Shown piece after piece: positions 41,242 through 52,602 of a DNA stretch of 64,000 bases. The stretch is from Collinsella sp. GTDB lineage: Bacteria > Actinomycetota > Coriobacteriia > Coriobacteriales > Coriobacteriaceae. Below the pieces are notes generated by a model that did no database searches, was not told the DNA's origin, and saw only the letters and a list, made by a program, of their open reading frames with translations. Numbering within the stretch: position 1 is the first letter of the stretch; every line of letters begins with the position of its first letter. A program made the position numbers and the translations under genes. The stretch spans positions 15,973 to 79,972 of the forward strand of contig DBFOIV010000177.1 of the NCBI GenBank assembly GCA_048489175.1, given 5' to 3'.

Positions 41242-42324
41242 TTGTCTTTATCCCATCCTTTGCCTCGCGAGTTGACGCGCCCCGTGCATGTGGGCGGTGT
41301 GCAGATCGGTGGCGGCGCGCCGGTGGTGGTCCAATCCATGACCTGCACCGATACCGCTGACGCCCAGGCAACGCTTGCGCAAGTGTGCGCGTTGGCGCAG
41401 GCTGGCTGCGATATCGTGCGTGTGAGCGTGCCCACCGAGGCCGCGCTTGAGGGTTTCCGCACCATCTGTGCCGAGTCTCCGGTGCCGATCGTCGCCGATA
41501 TTCACTTTAACCATAAGCTCGCCATTGGTGCCGTTGAGGCCGGTGCTGCCAAGCTGCGCATCAATCCCGGCAACATTGGCGATTGGGCCAAGGTCGATGC
41601 CGTGATCGATGCCGCGGGCGCCGCTGGGTGCGCGATTCGTATTGGCGTGAACGCGGGCTCGCTTGAGCAGGATATCGCCGAGCGCGAAGACCTCACGCAG
41701 CCCGAAAAGCTCGTGATGTCGAGCGAGCGCTTCGTCAAGCACTTTGAGGACCGCGGCTTTACGAACATTGTGCTTTCGGCCAAGGCCCATAGCGTGCAAA
41801 CGACGCTCGATACCTATCGAGCCCTGTCGCGTGAGATTCCCCACGTTCCGCTTCACCTGGGCGTGACGGAGGCGGGGACCAAGCTCCAGGGCACCATCAA
41901 GAGCTCTGTAGGCTTGGGTATCTTGCTTTCCGAAGGCATTGGCGACACCATGCGTGTGTCGCTCACAGCCGATCCGGTTGAGGAGCCGCCGGTTGCCTGG
42001 GGTATTCTGCAGTCGTTGGGCCTGCGTCGCCGTGGCCCCGAGATTGTCTCGTGCCCCACGTGCGCCCGCTGCCAGGTTAACCTGATTCCCATCGCCGAGG
42101 AAGTAACCGAGCGGCTTAAGAACTACTCCGCGCCGCTTTCGATCGCTGTGATGGGATGTGCCGTTAATGGCCCCGGTGAGGCTTCCGATGCCGACCTGGG
42201 CGTTGCTTGCGGACGTGGTCAGGCCTTGCTCTTTTCGCATGGCCAGATCATTGGTAAAGTAGCTGAGGACCAAATTGTCGACGCGCTTATGGCCGAGGTC
42301 GACAAGCTTATTGAGGAGAAATAA
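41242..42324 (+). CDS. ispG: HMBPP synthase IspG
   Basis: VVVQSMT, VADIHF, RINPGN, HLGVTEAG, CPTCAR and MGCAVNGPGE; TTG start after GGGGAG (approximate). Confidence 0.96.
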   Translation: MSLSHPLPRELTRPVHVGGVQIGGGAPVVVQSMTCTDTADAQATLAQVCALAQAGCDIVRVSVPTEAALEGFRTICAESPVPIVADIHFNHKLAIGAVEAGAAKLRINPGNIGDWAKVDAVIDAAGAAGCAIRIGVNAGSLEQDIAEREDLTQPEKLVMSSERFVKHFEDRGFTNIVLSAKAHSVQTTLDTYRALSREIPHVPLHLGVTEAGTKLQGTIKSSVGLGILLSEGIGDTMRVSLTADPVEEPPVAWGILQSLGLRRRGPEIVSCPTCARCQVNLIPIAEEVTERLKNYSAPLSIAVMGCAVNGPGEASDADLGVACGRGQALLFSHGQIIGKVAEDQIVDALMAEVDKLIEEK

Positions 42325-44046
<1,722 letters not shown>

Positions 44047-44076
44047 TCGACGATTTCGCTTGTAGTTCGATATACG

Positions 44077-44125
44077 GGACGGCCCCGCATTTCTCCAGAT
44101 CGGGGAGATGCGGGGCCGTCCTTTT
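44077..44125 (+). terminator. Intrinsic terminator after proS
   Basis: GGACGGCCCCGCATTTCTCC...GGGGAGATGCGGGGCCGTCC then TTTT. Confidence 0.8.
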
Positions 44126-44147
44126 ATCTTGTGGCATCCTCGATATC

Positions 44148-44192
44148 TAAAAGGAAAACCCCACAGCCCATGCGAGCTGCGGGGTTTTCCTT
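44148..44192 (-). terminator. Intrinsic terminator of the adhE-kinase transcript
   Basis: AAGGAAAACCCC...GGGGTTTTCCTT stem; the A-run on + reads as a U tail on -. Confidence 0.7.
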
Positions 44193-44224
44193 GTGCCTCC
44201 GATGCGAAATAAATCGCTCAGATA

Positions 44225-44989
44225 TTACTGATAATCGACGACGTCGATCCAGTTCTTCAGGAACTCATCGTTCACGTTGCGCTTACGAGCGAGCTCGGAA
44301 GCGGCGACGATGCTCGTCCACTGACGCACGACCTGCATGGGCATGTCGGCGCGGTCGCAGTAGAGCTCCAGGTAGGCCTCAGCCTGATCCTTGCTGTTGA
44401 GGGCAAAGAGCAGGTAGGTGGTGGCAACGTCGGCAGCAGGGGAGCCCTGGGTGGCGTGTGCCCAGTCGCACACATAGAGCTGGCCGTCGTCGCCGACGAT
44501 GACGTTGGAGGGGTTGAAGTCGCCGTGGCAGACCTTGAACTCCTTGGTCATGCCGTCCAGACGCTCCTGAAGGTTGTAGCGCGTGGTGGCATTGAGCTGA
44601 TCAAGGCTGTCGATCATGCGGGCGTACTTGTCGCGCTGACGGTTTAGCAGCGGGGAGGTGTAGCCGTGGATCTCGATCTGGAGGTCGACGAACATCTCGA
44701 GGTACTCACCAAAGCGCTGGGGCTCGGCAGTCATCTTCTCGGCAAGGGTGGTGCCCGGAACCTTCTCGGTCACGAGCGCCCAGCCGTTGGCGTTCTCGAG
44801 CTGGGAAACCTCGAGCGCCTTGGGGCTGCGGATGCCGCACTCATTGATGCGGGCAAGATTCAAAGCCTCGTTGAACACGTCGGAGACAGGCTTGGTCTCG
44901 TTAAAGACCTTGACAATCTTGTCGCCCAGGTCGTAAACGACCTTGTTGCCACGGCGGACGAGCTCGGTCTTGGAATCGGGTAGCAGCAT
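44225..44989 (-). CDS. APH/choline-kinase-like phosphotransferase
   Basis: IVKVF (ATP-binding Lys), CHGDFNPSNV (catalytic loop) and CDW (metal-binding); AAGGA RBS. Confidence 0.85.
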   Translation of the reverse strand: MLLPDSKTELVRRGNKVVYDLGDKIVKVFNETKPVSDVFNEALNLARINECGIRSPKALEVSQLENANGWALVTEKVPGTTLAEKMTAEPQRFGEYLEMFVDLQIEIHGYTSPLLNRQRDKYARMIDSLDQLNATTRYNLQERLDGMTKEFKVCHGDFNPSNVIVGDDGQLYVCDWAHATQGSPAADVATTYLLFALNSKDQAEAYLELYCDRADMPMQVVRQWTSIVAASELARKRNVNDEFLKNWIDVVDYQ

Positions 44990-45077
44990 GGTTGCATCCT
45001 TTCAACGATGCGATAGAAGCGACGGCGGGGGTGTGTGAAACACCCGTGCACCCCCGCCGTTAAAAACCGTGCTAAAA

Positions 45078-47726
45078 CTAGCAGACGGCGTAATCCTGGG
45101 GCTCGCGGCCGTAGTAGGCGTCCAGGTAGAGCTCCTTGATCTCGCTCATGAGCGGGTAGCGCGGGTTGGCGCCGGTGCACTGGTCGTTGAATGCCTGCTC
45201 GGTCATTTCGTCGAGGGTGTCGAGGAAGTACTGCTCGTCAACACCGTAGTCGGCGATGGTCTTCTTGACGCCGATGAAGTCCTTGAGCTCCTCGAGCTTC
45301 GTGATGAAGTTCTCGAAGACCTCCTTGTCGTCCTTGCCCTCGATGCCGCAGTACTTGGCCATCTCGGCGTAGTTGTGCAGCGCGTTGGGGTAAGGATACT
45401 GGGAGAAGGTACCCATCTTGACGGGAGCCTCGGCGGCGTTGTAGCGCATGACGCGGGTCAGGATGACGGCGTTGGCGAGGCCGTGGGGCAGGTGATGGAA
45501 AGCGCCGAGCTTGTGAGCCATGGAGTGGTTGAGGCCCAGGAAGGCGTTGGCGAAGGCCATACCGGCCATGCAGGAGGCGTTGTGCATCTCCTCGCGGGCG
45601 TGCGGGTCCTTGGCGCCGTTCGTGAAGCTGGAGGGCAGGTTCTCAAAGACGAGCTTGGCAGCGCGCTCGGAGAGGCCCTTGGTGTAGTCGGAAGCCATGA
45701 TGGAGACGTAGGACTCGATGGCGTGGGTCATGACGTCGATGCCGGAGGCAGCGGTCAGGCCGCGCGGGGCGGTCATGCAGTTGTCGGCGTCGACGATAGC
45801 CATGTTGGGGAGCAGCGCGTAGTCGGCGAGCGGCCACTTGATGCCGGTCTCCTTGTCGGTGATGATGGCGAACGGCGTGCACTCGGAGCCGGTACCCGAG
45901 GAGGTCGGGACGGCGACGAAGTAGGCCTTCTTGCCCATCTCGGGGAAGGTGAAGATACGCTTGCGGATGTCCATGAAGTCCATGGCCATGTCCTCAAACT
46001 TGCACTCGGGGTGCTCGTACATCATCCACATGATCTTGCCGGCGTCCATAGCGGAGCCACCGCCGACGGCGATGATGACGTCCGGCTCAAAGAGAGCCAT
46101 CTGCTTGGCGCCGCGACGTGCGCACTGCAGCGACGGATCGGGCTCGACGTCGTAGAAGCAGTCGTGGGCGATGCCCATCTCGTCGAGCTTGGCCTCGATG
46201 GCGCGGGTGTTGCCATTCTTGAAGAGGAACTGGTCGGTAACGATGAAGGCGCGCTTCTTGCCCATGACGTTGCCCAGCTCGTCGAGGGCGACGGGCGTGG
46301 AACCCTTCTTGAAGTAGACCTTCTCGGGAGCGCGGAACCACAGCATGTTCTCACGGCGCTCGGCCACAGTCTTAACGTTGATCAAGTGCTTCACCCCAAC
46401 GTTCTCGGAGACGGAGTTGCCGCCCCAGGAGCCGCAGCCCAGGGTCAGAGACGGCTTCATGCCAAAGTTGTACAGGTCACCGATGCCACCGTGCGAGGAC
46501 GGGGTGTTGATGACGATGCGGCAGGCCTTCATGACGTGCTCGAACAGGCTGATCTTCTCGGCCTGGGCGGGGTGCACGTACAGAGAGGCGGTGTGGCCCG
46601 GGCCACCGGCGAGCACCAGGTGCTCGGCCTTGTCGACGGCCTCCTGGAAGTCCTTGGCGTGGTACATGGCCAGGACCGGGGAGAGCTTCTCGTGGGAGAA
46701 CTCCTCCTTGGCGGGGTCGGTGGAGGTGACCTCGGCGATCAGGATCTTAGTCTTGGCGGGAACCTCGATGCCGGCGAGCTCGGCGATCTTGGCGGCAGCC
46801 ATGCCGGGGATGCGGTGATCGAGGGCGCCGTTCTTGAACATGGCGGCACGCAGGGCCTCCATCTCGGCACCCTGCTTGACGAAGTAGCAGCCGCGCTTCT
46901 GGAACTCGGCCTTGACCTGGTCGTAGATGGTGTCGATGACGGTCACGGACTGCTCGGAAGCGCAGATCATGCCGTTGTCGAAGGTCTTGGAGTGGATGAT
47001 GGAGTTGACTGCGAGCAGAACGTCGGCGGTGTCGTCGATGACGACCGGGGTGTTACCGGCGCCAACGCCCAGGGCGGGCTTGCCCGAGGAGTAGGCGGCC
47101 TTGACCATGCCCGGGCCACCGGTGGCGAGGATGATGTCGACGTCGCGCATGACCATGTTGGTCAGCTCGATGGAGGGGACATCGACCCAGCCGATGATGC
47201 CCTCGGGGGCACCAGCCTTGACGGCGGCGTCAAGCACGAGCTTGGCGGCGGCGATGGTGCACTTGGCGGCAGCCGGGTGCGGGGAGATGATGATGGCGTT
47301 GCGGGTCTTCAGGCTGATCAGCGTCTTGAAGATTGCGGTGGAGGTGGGGTTGGTCGTCGGGATGACGGCGCCCACGATGCCGATGGGCTCGGCGATCTTG
47401 GTGATGCCGTAAGCCTCGTCGCGCTCCAGGACACCACAGGTCTTGGTGTTCTTGTAAGCGTTGTAGATGTACTCTGCGGCGTAGTGGTTCTTGATGACCT
47501 TGTCCTCAAGAACGCCGCGGCCGGTCTCCTCGATGGCCATTTTCGCCAACGGGATACGAGCCTTGTTGGCGGCCATGGCGGCCTCATAGAAGATCTTGTC
47601 GACCTGCTCCTGCGTGTACGTAGCAAAAAGCGCCTGGGCCTCTCGCATCTGAGCGAGCTTAGCCTCAAGCGCCTCTACGTTGTCCACAATTGCGGGAGTA
47701 GTGTTTTCCGGTGACTTTTTCACCAT
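45078..47726 (-). CDS. adhE: Bifunctional acetaldehyde-CoA/alcohol dehydrogenase
   Basis: PTTNPTST, GMICASEQ (catalytic Cys), EKLSP, GCGSWG, GGGSAMD and HSMAH...HGLAN. Confidence 0.98.
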   Translation of the reverse strand: MVKKSPENTTPAIVDNVEALEAKLAQMREAQALFATYTQEQVDKIFYEAAMAANKARIPLAKMAIEETGRGVLEDKVIKNHYAAEYIYNAYKNTKTCGVLERDEAYGITKIAEPIGIVGAVIPTTNPTSTAIFKTLISLKTRNAIIISPHPAAAKCTIAAAKLVLDAAVKAGAPEGIIGWVDVPSIELTNMVMRDVDIILATGGPGMVKAAYSSGKPALGVGAGNTPVVIDDTADVLLAVNSIIHSKTFDNGMICASEQSVTVIDTIYDQVKAEFQKRGCYFVKQGAEMEALRAAMFKNGALDHRIPGMAAAKIAELAGIEVPAKTKILIAEVTSTDPAKEEFSHEKLSPVLAMYHAKDFQEAVDKAEHLVLAGGPGHTASLYVHPAQAEKISLFEHVMKACRIVINTPSSHGGIGDLYNFGMKPSLTLGCGSWGGNSVSENVGVKHLINVKTVAERRENMLWFRAPEKVYFKKGSTPVALDELGNVMGKKRAFIVTDQFLFKNGNTRAIEAKLDEMGIAHDCFYDVEPDPSLQCARRGAKQMALFEPDVIIAVGGGSAMDAGKIMWMMYEHPECKFEDMAMDFMDIRKRIFTFPEMGKKAYFVAVPTSSGTGSECTPFAIITDKETGIKWPLADYALLPNMAIVDADNCMTAPRGLTAASGIDVMTHAIESYVSIMASDYTKGLSERAAKLVFENLPSSFTNGAKDPHAREEMHNASCMAGMAFANAFLGLNHSMAHKLGAFHHLPHGLANAVILTRVMRYNAAEAPVKMGTFSQYPYPNALHNYAEMAKYCGIEGKDDKEVFENFITKLEELKDFIGVKKTIADYGVDEQYFLDTLDEMTEQAFNDQCTGANPRYPLMSEIKELYLDAYYGREPQDYAVC

Positions 47727-47818
47727 TTGTGTCTCCTTGCGATCGGAGATTTACCCTACGCCTTGCATGATAGCAAGAAATTATTCGGCGAACGGTAAGA
47801 TTCCTGTAAAAGGCACAC

Positions 47819-47848
47819 TAAAACGCTTCAATAAACTGAAACGCTTTA
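47819..47848. promoter_or_regulatory. Tandem LacI-family-like operators upstream of adhE
   Basis: TAAAACGCTTCA (47819-47830) and TGAAACGCTTTA (47837-47848), near-palindromes with central CG. Confidence 0.5.
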
Positions 47849-47877
47849 AATATAACTATCTGCCTGCTGCATCGCCC

Positions 47878-47928
47878 CGCTCATTGGGGACAGACTTACA
47901 TGAGTGCTTTCACTCATTGGGGACAGAC
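47878..47928 (+). repeat. Left arm: ~1.5 copies of the 33-bp unit CACTCATTGGGGACAGACTTACATGAGTGCTTT
   Basis: CGCTCATTGGGGACAGACTTACATGAGTGCTTT then CACTCATTGGGGACAGAC. Confidence 0.9.
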
Positions 47929-48059
47929 ATCGATTTGCCATTTTGCCGTTCTTGACCTATTTTTGCCGCTCATTGGATATAAATAGGTCACAGGCTCAGC
48001 ATTTCGCGTTCCTTCTCTCCTTTTAGGTGTTGCCTGTTCAGTTTTTGAAAGGAGAGATT

Positions 48060-48836
48060 ATGCCCCGATGCGCCCGCGCCGTTTCGCTCACCGGCTATTA
48101 CCACGTCTTTGACCGTGGTAACTCTAAACAGATTATTTTTGAAGATGACTCCGACCGCTATCGTTTCCTATCGGATATCTCGGACAGGTTTGCGCGCCAT
48201 GAAGTGGCGGTTTTGGCTTGGTGCCTTATGGACAACCACTTTCATTTGATGGTTGATGATCCGTTCGACAATCTTTCAAAGGCGATGCAGTGCGCATTGA
48301 CGGCATATGCTAAGTATTTCAATGGGAAAACGGGGAGAACGGGGCATCTCTTTGATAATCGCTATTCGCGGGTCGCTGTTGAGTCGGACACGCAAGCGGT
48401 GCAACTGCTCGACTATATCCATCTCAATCCCGTGAAAGGTGCGCTCGACTCACTCGAGGCGTACCGCTGGTCAAGCTACAAGGCATATGAGCTGGGCTAT
48501 GATCCCTTTGACATCTGTGATGCGGCCCCTATGCTCGATATTGTCGGAGGCTCCCGTTGCTATTGCGAGCATCTCAAGGAAGTTGCCGAGCGCATCTGGT
48601 CAGTGGAGGTTCTTCCACGCCGGCGGATCCCCGATGAGGAGGTCCTTTCCATTGCGCGCGAAGTGCTTCCGAGCATAGATCCTGCGATGCTCAAGGCCCT
48701 GCCACGCCCCGATCGCGATGCCTGTCTGCTGAGGCTCAGGCGGGCGCATCTCACGGTCAAGCAAATTGCCCGTATCACCGGCATCGGCGCCACAAGCGTA
48801 ACCAAGGCCACCGCGGGCTGGAACGAGGCGGCGTGA
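48060..48836 (+). CDS. REP-associated tyrosine transposase-like protein (Y1_Tnp) with C-terminal HTH
   Basis: MPR..R, YHVFDRGN, IF.DD.D, WCLMDNHFHL (HUH), GHLF..RY and YIHLNPVK (catalytic Tyr); AAAGGAG RBS. Confidence 0.92.
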   Translation: MPRCARAVSLTGYYHVFDRGNSKQIIFEDDSDRYRFLSDISDRFARHEVAVLAWCLMDNHFHLMVDDPFDNLSKAMQCALTAYAKYFNGKTGRTGHLFDNRYSRVAVESDTQAVQLLDYIHLNPVKGALDSLEAYRWSSYKAYELGYDPFDICDAAPMLDIVGGSRCYCEHLKEVAERIWSVEVLPRRRIPDEEVLSIAREVLPSIDPAMLKALPRPDRDACLLRLRRAHLTVKQIARITGIGATSVTKATAGWNEAA

Positions 48837-48894
48837 GGTACGTACTGGTGGCGATCGAAGCGCCGTGAGTTCGTCGATGCACTGTGAGCTTTGG

Positions 48895-48960
48895 AAAGCA
48901 CTCATCTAAGTCTGTCCCCAATGCGTGAAAGCACTCATGTAAGCCTGTCCCCAATGAGTG
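48895..48960 (-). repeat. Right arm: two full 33-bp units, inverted relative to the left arm
   Basis: Minus strand CACTCATTGGGGACAGGCTTACATGAGTGCTTT then CACGCATTGGGGACAGACTTAGATGAGTGCTTT. Confidence 0.9.
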
Positions 48961-48961
48961 C

Positions 48962-48993
48962 AAAAAGGCGCCCTCCGTAGGGGAGGGCGCCTT
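48962..48993 (-). terminator. Intrinsic terminator of rpmB (possibly bidirectional)
   Basis: AAAAAGGCGCCCTCC-GTAGG-GGAGGGCGCCTTT. Confidence 0.85.
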
Positions 48994-49062
48994 TGGTAAG
49001 TTCTATATGAACGCGAGGTCTTTGACCCGGAGAGTCCGAGGTACTTGTTGGTAAGACCTTAT

Positions 49063-49251
49063 TTAGGAGCGCGCAACCTTGCCAGACTTGAGGCAGGTGG
49101 AGCAAACGTTCATCTTGCGACGGTGACCATCGACGACGACGTAGACGCGCTGGATGTTGGGGCGGAACTTACGGTTGGTGACGCGGTGAGAGTGGCTGAT
49201 GGAGCGACCGGCAACGGGGTGCTTACCGCAAACTTCGCAAACTTTGGACAT
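49063..49251 (-). CDS. rpmB: 50S ribosomal protein L28 (Zn-ribbon C+ form)
   Basis: MSKVCEVCGK...ISHSHRVTNRKFRPN...CSTCLKSGK; AAGGAGG RBS. Confidence 0.97.
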   Translation of the reverse strand: MSKVCEVCGKHPVAGRSISHSHRVTNRKFRPNIQRVYVVVDGHRRKMNVCSTCLKSGKVARS

Positions 49252-49557
49252 AACTGACCCTCCTTGGGCGACAAACGAACATGTCGCGTTAACAAACAAG
49301 CCTGAACTATAGCACAGAAGCAGCTCCCTGTGCGTAATCTACACAGAGATATTCCTCTTTTGGCGATAGTGCTCACGCAACGGCCCTGGACGTAGATCCG
49401 ATTTGCGTGCAGCAGAGGGGATTATGCCAGCTCGTGCGTGCGTTTTCAAGCTCGTCCCACAAATATATATAGGTTTATTGAGCTTTGGGCTCCGTTTACG
49501 GATTGCTCTGTATTTATGCTCGCAATTAAGCTCGAGGTTGGCTACACTATCCCTTGA

Positions 49558-49664
49558 CCATTAAAGGGGTACGAGATACCCACATGGAATTACATAGCTG
49601 CCCAAAGAGCAGCCCTTCCTGTGGGTGTCTGGTCCGCTTTAAGCGGTCGGGCATCTATTTTTTT
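49558..49664 (+). promoter_or_regulatory. PyrR-type transcription attenuator (binding loop, antiterminator, terminator)
   Basis: Binding loop CCATTAA..GGGTA-CGAGA-TACCC..ATGG; 49574-49589 pairs with 49616-49630; terminator 49623-49656 plus T7; TACACT -10 at 49543-49548. Confidence 0.7.
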
Positions 49665-49691
49665 GACTGTGTCAGCAGTCAAGACATGTGA

Positions 49692-51220
<1,529 letters not shown>

Positions 51221-51237
<17 letters not shown>

Positions 51238-52510
51238 GAATGCCCACGTCGTCGACCCGTCCGTCGAGCTTGACGGTGTCGTTGACGTCCTGATTGACGG
51301 CGACAAGATCGCCGAGGCCGGCGAGAATCTCGCCGTCGAGGGAGCCGAGGTCCGCGACCTTTCCGGCAAGTACCTCGTCCCCGGCCTGGTGGATATGCAC
51401 GTTCACCTTCGCGAGCCCGGCTACGAGGTCAAAGAGGACATCGAGAGCGGTACCCGCGCAGCTGCCAAGGGCGGCTTTACCGGCGTGTGCTCCATGCCCA
51501 ACACCGATCCCGTCACCGATAACGGTACCGTCGTGGAGTTCGTCAAGTCCCGTGCTGCCGAGGTCGGTCACTGCCGCGTCTATCCGTCGGGCGCCATGAC
51601 CCGCGGTCTTAAGGGCGAGGCCATGTCCGAGATGGGCGATATGGTCGCCCACGGCGCCGTCGCCTTCACCGACGACGGTCGCGGCGTGCAGGGCGCGGGC
51701 ATGCTCCGTCGTTGCATGGACTACGGCAAGATGTTCGGCAAGGTCTTTATGAGCCACTGCCAGGACGAGGACTTGGTCGGCCACGGCCAGATCAACGAGG
51801 GCAAGGTCTCGACCCGTCTGGCCCTCGAGGGCTGGCCGGCTGCCGGCGAGGAGCTCCAGATCGCCCGCGACATCGAGATCGCCAAGCTGACCGGTGCCAA
51901 GCTGCACATCCAGCACATCTCCACCGCCCATGGCCTGGAGATCGTGCGTGCCGGTAAGGCCGCTGGCGTTCAGGTTACCTGCGAGGCTACCCCGCACCAC
52001 ATGTTCCTGACCGAGAACGACCTGGACGAGACCTACAACACCTCGCTCAAGGTCAATCCGCCGCTGCGCACCGACGAGGACGCCGAGGCCATCCGTCAGG
52101 GCGTCATCGACGGCACCGTCGACGTTATCGTCACCGATCACGCTCCCCACACCCCGTGGGAGAAGGCCCGCGAGTTCGAGCTTGCGCCCTTTGGCATGAT
52201 CGGTCTCGAGACCTCGCTGTCGCTCGTGCTCACCGAGCTGGTCAACACGGGCAAGATGAGCATGGGCCGTATGGTCGAGCTCATGGCCATCAAGCCGCGT
52301 GAGATCCTGGGCCTCGACCAGGTTCAGGTCAAGGCGGGATCCGTTGCCGACCTGACCGTGTTCGACCCCTCCGCAACCTGGACGGTTGGCGAGGACGGTT
52401 ACGAGTCGCGCGCCGAGAACTCCGGTTTTGCCGGCCGCACGCTCACCGGTCGTGCCACCGATGTATTTGTCGGCGGTAAACAGACGCTTGCCGACGGCTG
52501 CATCTGCTAG
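51221..52510 (+). CDS. pyrC: Dihydroorotase
   Basis: DMHVHLREPG, MPNT.P, KVNPPLR and TDHAPH. Confidence 0.96.
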
Positions 52511-52530
52511 CATAGCCTTATCGCTTTTGT

Positions 52531-52560
52531 GCGCGGCGCCCTTGCGGTGCCGCGCTTTCT
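52531..52560 (+). terminator. Internal hairpin between pyrC and pyrK
   Basis: GCGCGGCGCC-CTTGC-GGTGCCGCGC then TTTCT. Confidence 0.5.
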
Positions 52561-52602
52561 ATTCGTTTGGACCATGCAACCGCATGGGGGATTGGAGCGT
52601 TT

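Larger units (their letters stand above)
47878..48960 (+). mobile_element. Inverted-repeat-bounded HUH tyrosine transposase element (RAYT/TIRYT-like)
   Basis: 51-bp inverted repeats 47878-47928 and 48910-48960 (48/51 identical) enclose a Y1 transposase gene; no target-site duplication seen. Confidence 0.8.

Noticed and set aside
44225..44989. The kinase as an aminoglycoside resistance gene
   Set aside because: It has only generic APH-fold motifs, host-like codon usage and linkage to adhE; nothing points to a resistance family.
47878..48960. The 33-bp repeats as a mini CRISPR or guide-RNA array
   Set aside because: The units are contiguous and nearly identical with no unique spacers, are inverted around a transposase gene, and no cas genes are present.
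48775..48963. Small ORFs with the repeated 11-aa motif HSLGTDLHECF (also in 47680-47955)
   Set aside because: An automatic consequence of a 33-bp unit; this ORF starts inside a terminator U-tract with no RBS.
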